Shown piece after piece: positions 30,740 to 40,629 of a stretch of DNA of 64,000 nucleotides; the stretch's first letter is position 1; every line of letters begins with the position of its first letter. The notes beneath the pieces are model-generated. The model had not been told where the DNA came from, made no database searches, and was given only the letters and a program-made list of their open reading frames with translations. Source of the DNA: a virus (Duplodnaviria; Caudoviricetes). Made by a program: the position numbers and the translations under genes. The stretch is from IMG/VR virus record IMGVR_UViG_3300024270_000002; one strand, given 5' to 3'.

Positions 30740-33016
30740 ATGGTTACTCTGTGGATAGGAGATTTTAGAACAAAACAACTTCAAAAAGCATATAAAGCCG
30801 CAGAGCAGACAGCAGAATATCATTATATTGTTGACGACCTCGCGGAGTATTCTTGGTTTAAAGATAATGCTGCCGCGCAGCTTCCTTTGCTGTCTTTAGA
30901 AAATGCTAACGTGGTTATTATGCTCGGCTTTAATGATTGCGTATATAGCTGTGTGTGGGATTCTTTTAAGGTGGATAAACTCGCAGAGCAATATGCAAGT
31001 ACTATAAATGAACTTGTAGAAGATTTTGCTAATTTTAATTTTTATGTTTGTTCAGTAAATCCTATTAATGCTGACTATCCATTTGCAGAAAGTAAAAATG
31101 ATGTGATTACAAAAAGTCAACTTAGTGACAAAATAGCAATATTTAACAACACACTTAAAGACAAATGTAAGGCAGAGTACATAGATAGCTATGACTACAT
31201 AGTAAACACAAGTTTTGAAACACGCGATGGCGTACGTTATACATATGATACCTGTATTACTTTACATAATTATATTAGTGCTCACTTTAAAAGTAGTATA
31301 TCTGCAGTTTTCTTACCTAGACTGACTGCACCAAATCCTAATGTAGATACTTATTTGTACTGGACGCCTACTACTGCCGATGGCGCTAACAAGTTTCCTG
31401 AGACTACTGCTGGGTTTGCCTTACCAAGCTGTGAGGCTTATGCTTGGGGCAGATTTTATGAAATTTTAGGTGAAGAGCCTAAGTTAAGTACAGATAATGC
31501 TAAAACTTGGTATTCTTTTGATGATGAATATAATCGTGGTGAAGAGCCTCGCATCGGAGCTGTTGCTTGCTGGACAGGCGCTACTTCAGGTTTTGTAGCC
31601 GTAGTTGAGCAGGTAAAAGAGGACGGAACTATAATAACTTCTGAAAGCGATATTACTGCTAATGAAGTATGGCGACTTACGGAGCGAACAAAAGGTACTG
31701 GAAATTGGGGAATGCCTTCCTCATACGCCTTCCAAGGATTTATTTATTGTCCAATTATTACACCTACGGCTTCTGTCGGCAGCTTAGATAAATCTACTGT
31801 TGTCTCTAAAGCGGAGGCGTTGACCAGAACTGAAATGGAAGCCAATGCAAAATATATTTGGAATTACTTAGGTAGTAAGGGCTGGACACTTAATGCTGTT
31901 GCTGGTATGCTAGGTAATATGCAATATGAGTCCACCATAAACCCTGGACGACATCAAGTAGGTAGCGGTGAAGATGGTGGCTATGGTCTAGTACAGTGGA
32001 CGCCAAAAATAAAGTTAACTGAATGGTTAAGTAATAAAGGGTATGCTGAAGACGACATGGACGGACAGCTCGAGCGTATTCTCTGGGAAAAAGAGAATAA
32101 TGAGCAGTATGCAAAAAATAAGTATAAATATACTTTTGAAACATTTACAACTAGCTTAGATAACCCTTATACATTAGCCTGCGCTTTTGCTTTTGACTAT
32201 GAGCGCTCTTGGGTAACTCTGTACGGCACCGAAGCAGCTAAAGAAACTCTACGTAAAGAGCGTGGAGGAGCAGCAGAAGATTGGTATAGCTTTTTATCGC
32301 CCTTTTCACCCAGCGCTGCAGTTGTAGAAGAAAAGTTTACTTTAGAGAACTTTAAATTAGATAGCATTACACCTACTGAGGTAGAGGCCTCATTTATAGT
32401 TAGAAATGGTATTGATGGCATGTACGTGCTTTATGTTTATGATAAGTCTAATACCGAACTTCTGGAAGTACCTTTACAAATAAACTCAGATACTAGTAGG
32501 CTGCAGGTTATTTCTTTTAAATGTAATAAAAAAATAATGCCAAATGCAGAGTATACCCTAAGAATACAAGCAGTGGGCAAAGTCGGTGAGAATATTTTAA
32601 CTCGAAGTATTACTTTTATAACACCACAAAGTCTACCAGGCTCAGCCAAAGCTGTTAAGCTATCATGTGAAGATGAAGTAAAATCAATAAACAGTACTTT
32701 TGAATTAAGCGTAGAAATGCCTACAGACTTAGGTTATTGGAGCAATAATAGCTGTGGTTATGAAAAGCTGTTAATTGTTAATAATGATATTGTAAAAACT
32801 AACACTTCTAAAAATATAAAAAACATAGTAGCAGACGAATTTGTTATAAAAGAAGAGTTTGGCTATGACTGCCAAATGGGTGATACTGTACAAATCGGTA
32901 TTCGTATTTGGACAACAGATAATAATGGTAAAAAGATTTATGATGCTTCGACAGCAAAAACTTCTGAAGTTATTTGTTTGCTAAATAATCCAATACAGGT
33001 TTATTTAAATAAATAG
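30740..33016 (+). CDS. multidomain virion lysin: degenerate SGNH + degenerate CHAP + tail lysozyme
   Basis: LGFND; CEAYAWGRFYE; AGMLGNMQYES...GYGLVQWTP...YER. Confidence 0.8.
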   Translation: MVTLWIGDFRTKQLQKAYKAAEQTAEYHYIVDDLAEYSWFKDNAAAQLPLLSLENANVVIMLGFNDCVYSCVWDSFKVDKLAEQYASTINELVEDFANFNFYVCSVNPINADYPFAESKNDVITKSQLSDKIAIFNNTLKDKCKAEYIDSYDYIVNTSFETRDGVRYTYDTCITLHNYISAHFKSSISAVFLPRLTAPNPNVDTYLYWTPTTADGANKFPETTAGFALPSCEAYAWGRFYEILGEEPKLSTDNAKTWYSFDDEYNRGEEPRIGAVACWTGATSGFVAVVEQVKEDGTIITSESDITANEVWRLTERTKGTGNWGMPSSYAFQGFIYCPIITPTASVGSLDKSTVVSKAEALTRTEMEANAKYIWNYLGSKGWTLNAVAGMLGNMQYESTINPGRHQVGSGEDGGYGLVQWTPKIKLTEWLSNKGYAEDDMDGQLERILWEKENNEQYAKNKYKYTFETFTTSLDNPYTLACAFAFDYERSWVTLYGTEAAKETLRKERGGAAEDWYSFLSPFSPSAAVVEEKFTLENFKLDSITPTEVEASFIVRNGIDGMYVLYVYDKSNTELLEVPLQINSDTSRLQVISFKCNKKIMPNAEYTLRIQAVGKVGENILTRSITFITPQSLPGSAKAVKLSCEDEVKSINSTFELSVEMPTDLGYWSNNSCGYEKLLIVNNDIVKTNTSKNIKNIVADEFVIKEEFGYDCQMGDTVQIGIRIWTTDNNGKKIYDASTAKTSEVICLLNNPIQVYLNK

Positions 33017-33068
33017 ATTTGCTAAATTATATAGTATAAAAATAAAATTTCTTTGAAAGGATTTTATT

Positions 33069-35186
33069 ATGGCAGAAAATTTACAAAAAACCATAAAAAT
33101 TGATGGTGAAGAATTTAACATAAATGCTGTATACAGTGACACCGCTGCAAAAGTTCAACATAATTTGGTAATAAAAGAGTCTTTATCTAACAGAACTACA
33201 GAGAGTTCTTTTAATGGCAATGAAGATAAAACAATAAATTATGTACCAGCAGATAAAGGTGGAATGTTTAAGAAGCCAATTTATCTTTCAGAGCCATCAA
33301 GACAGCCAACAACTAATGAAATAATCACCTCTGGGCAGGTGGACAACCGAGTTTATAACCTAAACGGAACACCTGTATGTACTTGGGATCCTAGTAGTAG
33401 CTATAGATTTTACGAAGTCAAAAATTCAGAGGACCAGATTGAGAAGCTAACAACTATTATAGGAACGTTTGAAGACTTCGAGGACCTGAAGTATATTGCT
33501 AAACCAGTGAGCGTTGGTTTACAATTTGGTAAAAATAGCTCTGGTGATATACAGCTGGAGGGTATTGGAGAATGTACAGACACAGATATAGTAATTCCTG
33601 ATTTTGTTGAATTTGGAGGCACTCTTCAGCCGGTTAAGCGCATTATAAGTAATGCCTTTAATCCTGATAATGCTGCAAATACAAGTAAAAAAGATGTAAT
33701 TAATTCTATAAAAAGTATAGTTATCCCATGTGGTGTTGAAAGCATCAGTGAAAGTGCTTTTAGATACTGTGAAAAATTAACGTACATTATAGTACCTGAT
33801 AGTGTAAAAACGATAGCCGGTTATGCGTTTGCAGAGTGCCCAGCACTTAAGACTGTGAGGCTCTGCTATGGCCTAGAGTCTATAGGAGAAAATGCTTTTT
33901 ATAAGTGTCTGAGTCTAGAAAACATTAGTATTCCAAGTAGCGTAAAATCTATTGGACGCCAAGCTTTTTGGCAGTGCGAGAAGCTTAAAGTTATAGCACT
34001 TCCTGAAGGTATGACAACGCCAGACCCTGCAGCAGCTAATGTTGCTTTGCAAGCAATTGGCACTGCTACTTTCGCTGAGTGCTTGGAGTTGCAGGCTGTA
34101 TATATTCCAGCAAATATTACTGCCATTGGATATAACACTTTTAATATTTGCTCTAAGTTGAAATCTATTATTTTTGGTGGCACAGCTGACCAATGGCGAG
34201 CTATCACTAAGGACAGTAACTGGATTACAAATGATAATAATAAGTATTGTGTTTATTGTTCAGATTTTTACCTAACTGAAGCTGATAATAAATATTCATA
34301 TACTCAGCCTAATAGTGTGATAACACACTATGTTGTGCCGCCCACATCTAGCTCACTCAATACCGGTGTACTTAACAGTTATACAAATTTAGTTAGTATT
34401 ACAATTCCAAGTAGTGTAAAAACTGTTGAACCTAATGTTTTTACTAACATTACAAAGTTAGCTACTGTGTTCTATAAAGGCAGTAGAGCTGACTGGAATA
34501 ATATTAATATTGCAAGCGGCAACGATTACCTACTAAAAGCAAAGTTAGTAACACTGACAGACTCTAATATAAGAGGAACACTTAATACTACAGACATTGT
34601 TAAAGGCCCTTTTATGTATATTTGCAAAGATACTGAGTCAGCAAGCTCGCCCGCATCTAATAAGATGTTTTTAAAGCTACCTGGTTATGATGAGATTATC
34701 GAAATTTCTAAAGGAGCTGCTCGTTTAGAAAGCACTGAAAGTGCAGTAGTACAAGGTTATTATACTTATGAGACTTTGGCGGCGATTATAGCCGGTATTA
34801 ATACGCGATTAGAAGGCTTAGGTGGAGGCATTCTGAAACTTCCAACCACGCTTCCAGCAACAAATTCTGTAATTATACCAGATGGTTTACACGCAACAGT
34901 TTTAGATGATACTTTTAAAACAGACGCTATACCTACTATACAGGATCTTAGTGAACTTATTAGTGGCCTTAGAGATGACCTTGAAGATCTAGCTGGCGAA
35001 GTTGACTATGAATTAAACGGTGAAGCTATTGCCGCAGGTCTTAATAGCCGACTAGACTATATAGAGCGTGCTTTTAATTACCATGATAATACGATTACTT
35101 TAGATGGCGAAACCATGACTGCAAAACAATTTAAAAAACTACTTCATTTTATAGATTCTATAGCGGATGAATACGTTGAAGAATAA
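33069..35186 (+). CDS. BspA-type leucine-rich repeat protein
   Basis: Repeated IP.SV.SIG..AF..C..L. Confidence 0.85.
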   Translation: MAENLQKTIKIDGEEFNINAVYSDTAAKVQHNLVIKESLSNRTTESSFNGNEDKTINYVPADKGGMFKKPIYLSEPSRQPTTNEIITSGQVDNRVYNLNGTPVCTWDPSSSYRFYEVKNSEDQIEKLTTIIGTFEDFEDLKYIAKPVSVGLQFGKNSSGDIQLEGIGECTDTDIVIPDFVEFGGTLQPVKRIISNAFNPDNAANTSKKDVINSIKSIVIPCGVESISESAFRYCEKLTYIIVPDSVKTIAGYAFAECPALKTVRLCYGLESIGENAFYKCLSLENISIPSSVKSIGRQAFWQCEKLKVIALPEGMTTPDPAAANVALQAIGTATFAECLELQAVYIPANITAIGYNTFNICSKLKSIIFGGTADQWRAITKDSNWITNDNNKYCVYCSDFYLTEADNKYSYTQPNSVITHYVVPPTSSSLNTGVLNSYTNLVSITIPSSVKTVEPNVFTNITKLATVFYKGSRADWNNINIASGNDYLLKAKLVTLTDSNIRGTLNTTDIVKGPFMYICKDTESASSPASNKMFLKLPGYDEIIEISKGAARLESTESAVVQGYYTYETLAAIIAGINTRLEGLGGGILKLPTTLPATNSVIIPDGLHATVLDDTFKTDAIPTIQDLSELISGLRDDLEDLAGEVDYELNGEAIAAGLNSRLDYIERAFNYHDNTITLDGETMTAKQFKKLLHFIDSIADEYVEE

Positions 35187-35197
35187 GGAAGTGTAAT

Positions 35198-35575
35198 ATG
35201 TCTAACAGAATAATTAAATTTAACCGAGGTGACTCATACGAGTTTAATATTAGGATTCCTGATAAGTCAGATCGTACTAAAAATTATATCTTACATGAGG
35301 ATACCGATGTAGTTTATTTTGCAATAATGTTTCCACATCAGTCATTTGAGCATGCTTTTTTAATACAAGGATATACCTTAGAAGACCAAGATCCAGCAAC
35401 GGGCGAAATTACTATTAAGTTAGTACCAAAAGACACAAGAAGTATTATGCCTGGCGTTTACTATTATACCGTTAAACTACAAATAGGTGGAACACCTGGT
35501 ATCATTAATGACTTTGACGAGCCGGACGAAGTAAGAACAATAATAGAAAGAACAAAATTTATTATATATGACTAA
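35198..35575 (+). CDS. putative baseplate/structural protein (BppU-like)
   Basis: NRGDS...I.L.P.DT....PG.YYY.VKL. Confidence 0.55.
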   Translation: MSNRIIKFNRGDSYEFNIRIPDKSDRTKNYILHEDTDVVYFAIMFPHQSFEHAFLIQGYTLEDQDPATGEITIKLVPKDTRSIMPGVYYYTVKLQIGGTPGIINDFDEPDEVRTIIERTKFIIYD

Positions 35576-35664
35576 ATTTCAAAAGTTTTTATTGTATATA
35601 ATAAATATATTTATTAATTAATAAAGTATATTATATATTATTAAATATATTATATATTTATTTA

Positions 35665-35700
35665 AGGACGTAAGAATTTAACTTGCGTCCTTTTCTTTTT
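35665..35700 (+). terminator. intrinsic terminator ending structural module
   Basis: AAGGACGTAAG/CTTGCGTCCTT hairpin plus T-run. Confidence 0.7.
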
Positions 35701-35809
35701 CTTAAAAATGTTTTTGAGATGCTGCCAAAATATTCTAAACGACATTGTATTATATAGTAAGCTGTAAATTACAGACTCAAAAATATTAAATTTTTTAGGA
35801 GAAATTATT

Positions 35810-36178
35810 ATGAGAAATTATGAGACAAAGATTTATGACTATGTAGACAAGAAGACTGGTGCTCACATTGTAAAGGCTACTACGATGTACGCCGGTAAGA
35901 CTGTTAGTGCTTATTCTAAGTGTGATCCGAAGGATAATTTTGATCTTAAGTTTGGTACTGACGTAGCTCTTAAGCGTCTTGACATTAAGATTGCTCAGAA
36001 GCGTGCAGCAAGTATGACTACTTATGCAAAGTTTTGTAAAATGAATCTCAAATCTATTGAGCAAGAAAAACGCCGCACAAAGAAAGCTATGGAAAGAGCT
36101 GAGATTGCCGCTCTTGACCGTAAGGCGGAAGCAAAGGAACTCGAGGCAGAACTTGCTGAGATGCTTAATAATATTTAA
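35810..36178 (+). CDS. hypothetical protein
   Basis: KCDPKDNFD..G..VAL.R motif; RBS. Confidence 0.75.
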   Translation: MRNYETKIYDYVDKKTGAHIVKATTMYAGKTVSAYSKCDPKDNFDLKFGTDVALKRLDIKIAQKRAASMTTYAKFCKMNLKSIEQEKRRTKKAMERAEIAALDRKAEAKELEAELAEMLNNI

Positions 36179-36180
36179 AT

Positions 36181-36402
36181 ATGGAAGAAAAGAAGTTTAT
36201 AGGACGTATTTGCCCAAAATGCGGTGCACTATATACTGAACATCAGATTGCTAAAGCGCATCTTGCCTCCGGAGCACAGGTAAATATGTCTTGTGAAAAT
36301 GGACACAAGTGGTCTGAATTCTATAATCTTGATTATCAAGGTTATTGGTGGGATGGAAAAATGTACGATTCATATGGAGAGGAAAAGAAAAAGGAGGATT
36401 AA
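36181..36402 (+). CDS. small Zn-ribbon protein
   Basis: CPKCG...CENGHKW. Confidence 0.65.
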   Translation: MEEKKFIGRICPKCGALYTEHQIAKAHLASGAQVNMSCENGHKWSEFYNLDYQGYWWDGKMYDSYGEEKKKED

Positions 36403-36405
36403 GCT

Positions 36406-36834
36406 ATGATTCTTAGAATTACTGTTGGTGACAATGACTTTACGGAAGAGCTGGAGCAGTTTGCAAACGACCCTGATGGCTGTGCTTATTTGTTGAAGGC
36501 TTGTGCACCAGATAACATCAGACTTACACAAGACGAAAAGCTTGTTCTTTTTAAAGAGGCTGATCGTTTCAGAGACTTATTTTATAATACGGATAAGTAT
36601 ACTCCCGCTCTTGCTGGTGAGCTTTGTGAGAGAGTAAGAGAAAATTGGGAAAACTTCGTAAACTACGTTATGAAGGACCATGAGTGGTGGACTGACGAAG
36701 ATAAAATTAGAATTAGAGAGTATCTTATCAGAGATTTTAAGGTAAAATTTCAGAAGAGCCTTACCCCGAAGTGGGAAAATGGAGAAGTAGTTTATATCTG
36801 TTGTGGTTATCATAACAAACAGTGGACGTTTTAA
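36406..36834 (+). CDS. hypothetical protein
   Basis: AGGAGG RBS. Confidence 0.7.
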   Translation: MILRITVGDNDFTEELEQFANDPDGCAYLLKACAPDNIRLTQDEKLVLFKEADRFRDLFYNTDKYTPALAGELCERVRENWENFVNYVMKDHEWWTDEDKIRIREYLIRDFKVKFQKSLTPKWENGEVVYICCGYHNKQWTF

Positions 36835-36844
36835 GGAGAACCTT

Positions 36845-37117
36845 ATGAGCTGTAGATTTTGTGAGAATAACAGAACAAATCCTGAATGGGAACTCTCTGA
36901 AGAGCAATGCTTTTATGCAATGACTATCGGTGATGCTGAAAAGGGTTATCGTATTATGTTTAATAAGGAACCCTACAGACCACTTGAAATTGAATTTGAC
37001 AAGTGGAATGAGAAGCTTCATCCGCCTATTTGGCAAACTATGGGAGTTTATTATCCAAAGTTTTGCCCTGAGTGTGGACGTAAAATCGATGAATATGATA
37101 GGAGTAAATTTGACTGA
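36845..37117 (+). CDS. small Zn-ribbon protein
   Basis: CRFC...FCPECGRK; AAGGAG RBS before 36845. Confidence 0.7.
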   Translation: MSCRFCENNRTNPEWELSEEQCFYAMTIGDAEKGYRIMFNKEPYRPLEIEFDKWNEKLHPPIWQTMGVYYPKFCPECGRKIDEYDRSKFD

Positions 37118-37395
37118 TGAGTATTAACACGGATAGCTTAAGTGCCTTTATTGAGGACCGTCTTTCTTGGGAACTTTCTGCTTTTGATGATATTAATGTA
37201 GGAGGCCTTGCAGAAGATATTGCTTATGACCTTAAGAGTCATGGTTATTGTTCTGAGCCTTATTTCGCTTATGAAAAAGCTCTCCAATGTTCTATTAATA
37301 AACGAGGCGAAAAGTATTGCAGCTGTACAAGTTGTGAAAGTCATGAATTTTGTATGCTTTTAAGAAAAGAGGGGTATATTCATGGAACGAATTGA
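37117..37395 (+). CDS. hypothetical protein
   Basis: TGATG overlap. Confidence 0.65.
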   Translation: MSINTDSLSAFIEDRLSWELSAFDDINVGGLAEDIAYDLKSHGYCSEPYFAYEKALQCSINKRGEKYCSCTSCESHEFCMLLRKEGYIHGTN

Positions 37396-37810
37396 AGTGC
37401 CTGCAACGATTTATTGGAAGTCTAAGCATGGAAAGAAGTTTACTTCCAAAGAGGATTGTGAAAAGTATGAACGGCTTTTCGATAAGTGGCAGGTTCCTGA
37501 GCTTTATCGCGAATTTGAGAATGTAGAAGGTCAGCTTTGTTACGCTTATTGGATTGTGTCGAAAGAAGAGCTTGATGAAGTTATTTGGCTTACGTGGCGG
37601 AGACTTGATACTTCCACTTGTAATTATGTTTCTGTAGATAACAGAATATTGGAGCCACAGTGGATTATTGTCTGTCCTGGATACAATGAATACAGTTCTG
37701 AGATGGCTATAAGAACTATGAAGGATTTTCGTGAAGAAATTGATGATATAATCAAGGCTGCGATTGAGACAAATGAAGCACTTGCTAAGCTTATTTGGGA
37801 GAAAGCTTAA
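37382..37810 (+). CDS. hypothetical protein
   Basis: GKKFTSKEDCEKYE motif. Confidence 0.7.
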   Translation: MERIEVPATIYWKSKHGKKFTSKEDCEKYERLFDKWQVPELYREFENVEGQLCYAYWIVSKEELDEVIWLTWRRLDTSTCNYVSVDNRILEPQWIIVCPGYNEYSSEMAIRTMKDFREEIDDIIKAAIETNEALAKLIWEKA

Positions 37811-37811
37811 T

Positions 37812-38204
37812 ATGGAAGTAAATAATGTACTTATCAAAGCAATTAAAGAAAAACGCTTGGCTGATTTTAAACAGCAGCTTGATGAAATTTATAATTATGT
37901 AGCTCGTACTGAGGAAACTGCTGACAAAGCATTAGCAACAGTACGAGATTGGAATAAAGATTCTGAGATTCAGAAATTACAGAAAGAGCTTCGTGAGCTT
38001 AGATCTAAGATCTATGATGACTTTACTTTGACCACCGATGAGCATGCTGAAATTATTGATTGGCAAAATAAGCATATGGAAGCTAAACATAAAAACAAAC
38101 GATATGTTCCTTGGTCTTTTGAGTTTACACCAACAGGACTTGGTCTGGTTGGTTGTTGTAAATGTAATGAGTGCAATGAAGAATTTATGTTTAGGGAGCC
38201 TTGA
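37812..38204 (+). CDS. hypothetical protein
   Basis: FEFTPTGLG motif common in phage ORFs. Confidence 0.7.
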   Translation: MEVNNVLIKAIKEKRLADFKQQLDEIYNYVARTEETADKALATVRDWNKDSEIQKLQKELRELRSKIYDDFTLTTDEHAEIIDWQNKHMEAKHKNKRYVPWSFEFTPTGLGLVGCCKCNECNEEFMFREP

Positions 38205-38206
38205 TT

Positions 38207-38422
38207 ATGTTTAAACTTGGAGAGATTATTCCTAGTGAAGGTCCTAAGGGTACTGAATATTACATTGTAGTAGAAGATGGACATAGACCTTTGCTCGAGC
38301 TACTTGATGATTATATCATGCGCTGTCGTACGGTACCTTATGAAGGTGAGTATTGTACGTTAAGAGAAATTGTAGAGCGCGAAAAACAAAGAATAATTAG
38401 TAAAGGATATATAAATGTTTAA
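38207..38422 (+). CDS. hypothetical protein
   Basis: Operon packing. Confidence 0.6.
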   Translation: MFKLGEIIPSEGPKGTEYYIVVEDGHRPLLELLDDYIMRCRTVPYEGEYCTLREIVEREKQRIISKGYINV

Positions 38423-38903
38423 AAGTATTAGATTTTGGTTTACTGATAGATCTAAACATAAGCAGTGGAAGCGATATGCGAAGCGGCAGAAGGCATATCG
38501 TAGGAAGCTCGTAAAGCAGGCTAAAGAATTTTGTCCTTGGTCAGGCTGGTATATGCATGAGATGATGAAGACTATGCTTGAGTTTTATAATAAAACTTAT
38601 GAAGCAGGTGATTGTTGTCATAGTACTGAAGAGCGAGTAAAAAAGATTGCTGCTCAAACAAGAAAAGCTTTAGAATACGCTGAAGACCTTGATACTTATG
38701 AAGATTTGAGCGAGGAAGAGCTTCTTGCTATGGCTGAGAAGGAATACGGTTTTAGAAAGTACGTAGAAAAATGGGAAAAGAAGACTGGGATCAAGGCTAA
38801 TCCTAAGCTTATGTATGGAATTGCTTATGATTATTACGAGAAAAAATACACTGAGGCATTGTATAATATTATAGGAAAACATATTTGGGAGTGGTGTGAC
38901 TAG
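38415..38903 (+). CDS. hypothetical protein
   Basis: Overlapping ORF ending WEWCD. Confidence 0.7.
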   Translation: MFKSIRFWFTDRSKHKQWKRYAKRQKAYRRKLVKQAKEFCPWSGWYMHEMMKTMLEFYNKTYEAGDCCHSTEERVKKIAAQTRKALEYAEDLDTYEDLSEEELLAMAEKEYGFRKYVEKWEKKTGIKANPKLMYGIAYDYYEKKYTEALYNIIGKHIWEWCD

Positions 38904-39268
38904 TGGAATATAACCGTGTATATCCTTTTACTAAAGAAGAGCTTGAAAAACTTGGTGTAAATTTTAAACTCTGGGAATTATGTAAGTATCAGCAGAATAT
39001 TATCGATAAGTATAAAGAATATATTGAAAAGCAGATTCATCAGAAAATTACCGAGGAAACATTTAAGCAGCCCCGCATAGACTTTAATCAGTATTCTGTT
39101 TTTCGACATATTACAATTCCTGAGACTCGTATGGTAGCTTGCTGTGACCCATGGGTACATAAAAATTGGGAGATTCTTCAGGCTGAAAATCCTGTGATTA
39201 CGCCTGAATATTTCATTAGCCTAGCTTATCGTGAGATGGAGGAAAATAAAAATGCTGATTCCGATTAA
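38903..39268 (+). CDS. hypothetical protein
   Basis: Stop/start overlap. Confidence 0.65.
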   Translation: MEYNRVYPFTKEELEKLGVNFKLWELCKYQQNIIDKYKEYIEKQIHQKITEETFKQPRIDFNQYSVFRHITIPETRMVACCDPWVHKNWEILQAENPVITPEYFISLAYREMEENKNADSD

Positions 39269-39464
39269 AACTTATTATGCCGGCGGAAGTCCTGAAAAGC
39301 AGGACCTTATTGATGCAAAACAGATGTGTATTGATGAAAATTGTGTAGTAGAGCTTCGTTGGTACCCTAGCTGCTATGCTGGCTGGTATCATATTTATAT
39401 TATTAAGGACTCTGATATTGATAAAATGTATGAAGAACAGATTCCTAAGGTTTATGGGTGGTGA
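39252..39464 (+). CDS. hypothetical protein
   Basis: GGAGG RBS before ATG 39252. Confidence 0.6.
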   Translation: MLIPIKTYYAGGSPEKQDLIDAKQMCIDENCVVELRWYPSCYAGWYHIYIIKDSDIDKMYEEQIPKVYGW

Positions 39465-39468
39465 TTAA

Positions 39469-40398
39469 ATGGCAAAGTTAATTATTTTATGTGGGCTTCC
39501 TGGTTCCGGAAAAAGTTATTATGCTGAGCATTTCAAGCTTATAGATGATACTTTTTATGACGGTGCTACAGTTATTCATTCATCTGATAATATCAGAGAG
39601 GAGCTTTTTGGTGACGCAGGCTCTCAGGAAGATAATGGTAGAGTATTTGAGCTTATGCGTAAGAGAACTCAAGAAGACCTTAGAGCCGGCAAGACTGTAA
39701 TTTATGATGCTACTAACGTTACCAGAAAGGCTCGTAAGTCTGCTATTGCTTGTGCTCATCCTACTAATGATACTATAGAGTGTCATGTAGTATGGGCAGA
39801 TCCTGAGGAGTGTATCCGTCGTGACGGCCTACGAGACCGTAAAGTAGGTCCTGCAGTAATTGATAAGATGCTTCGTCGCTGGCAGAGTCCTTGGCTTGAT
39901 GAAGGCTTTGATAAAGTTGAAATTCATCTAAATCAGCACGATTTTGACCAGGTTAGATATGTTGCTAGCATGACTTCTGATATGCATATTCCTCATAATA
40001 ACCCTCATCACAAGCTTGGAGTATGGGAACATTGTATGCAGGCTTATAATAATATTGTAGTAAAGCATAAGGATACTAAGCATATTTTTAATTCATTGGC
40101 TGCTGCAGCTTTTTGGCATGATATTGGAAAGCCTTATACTAAGTTTTTCAAGCATGGTGAGGATATTGCTCACTATTATGACCATCACTGCGTTGGAGGC
40201 TACCTAGCTTATGGCTTGTTTTTGAATCCTGATCATCACTTACTGCGTGATGTGGAGATGGACAATATTTGCTTTATTAGCTGGATGATAGCTAACCATA
40301 TGGAACCTTTCTTTGATTCTAATTACTATAGAGACCTTAATCCCAAGTGGAAGTGGTATATCGACGCTATCCACGAGGCAGATCTTGCTGCGCATTAA
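39469..40398 (+). CDS. polynucleotide kinase (P-loop) fused to HD domain; RNA end-healing enzyme
   Basis: CGLPGSGKS, SSDNIR, YDATN; NPHH...H...WHDIGKP...H...NHM...HEAD. Confidence 0.88.
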   Translation: MAKLIILCGLPGSGKSYYAEHFKLIDDTFYDGATVIHSSDNIREELFGDAGSQEDNGRVFELMRKRTQEDLRAGKTVIYDATNVTRKARKSAIACAHPTNDTIECHVVWADPEECIRRDGLRDRKVGPAVIDKMLRRWQSPWLDEGFDKVEIHLNQHDFDQVRYVASMTSDMHIPHNNPHHKLGVWEHCMQAYNNIVVKHKDTKHIFNSLAAAAFWHDIGKPYTKFFKHGEDIAHYYDHHCVGGYLAYGLFLNPDHHLLRDVEMDNICFISWMIANHMEPFFDSNYYRDLNPKWKWYIDAIHEADLAAH

Positions 40399-40478
40399 AA
40401 ATAATTTAAAAAATAATTAAAAATTAAAATTTTATATCGTATGATATAATGTGAGTGAAAACGCGTATCACTTACTCA

Positions 40479-40534
40479 GAGCCTATACTTATTTCTCAAC
40501 ATATTCTGGAAAAATATTTTTTGACAGTTAGGCC
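40479..40534 (+). ncRNA. bulged-stem (Y-RNA-like) small RNA copy 1
   Basis: GCCTA-T-ACT/AGT-TAGGC stem, TATTTCT, internal ATATT-CTGGAAA-AATAT hairpin. Confidence 0.75.
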
Positions 40535-40629
40535 AAAATAAAGAAACTACTTATTTAAGCGGTGGCTTGTTTTGGTGTATTTATTATCAAAAAGCTATCG
40601 CTAATTTTATTTTATCGGAGGTATTTACC

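Noticed and set aside
40541-40580. Ninth copy of the bulged-stem RNA (AAACTACTTATTTAAG)
   Set aside because: Only ACTTATTT matches; no complementary closing stem.
40567-40629. Track start of the 681-aa ORF at TTG 40567
   Set aside because: The GGAGG RBS sits before ATG 40630; the extension is likely non-coding leader.
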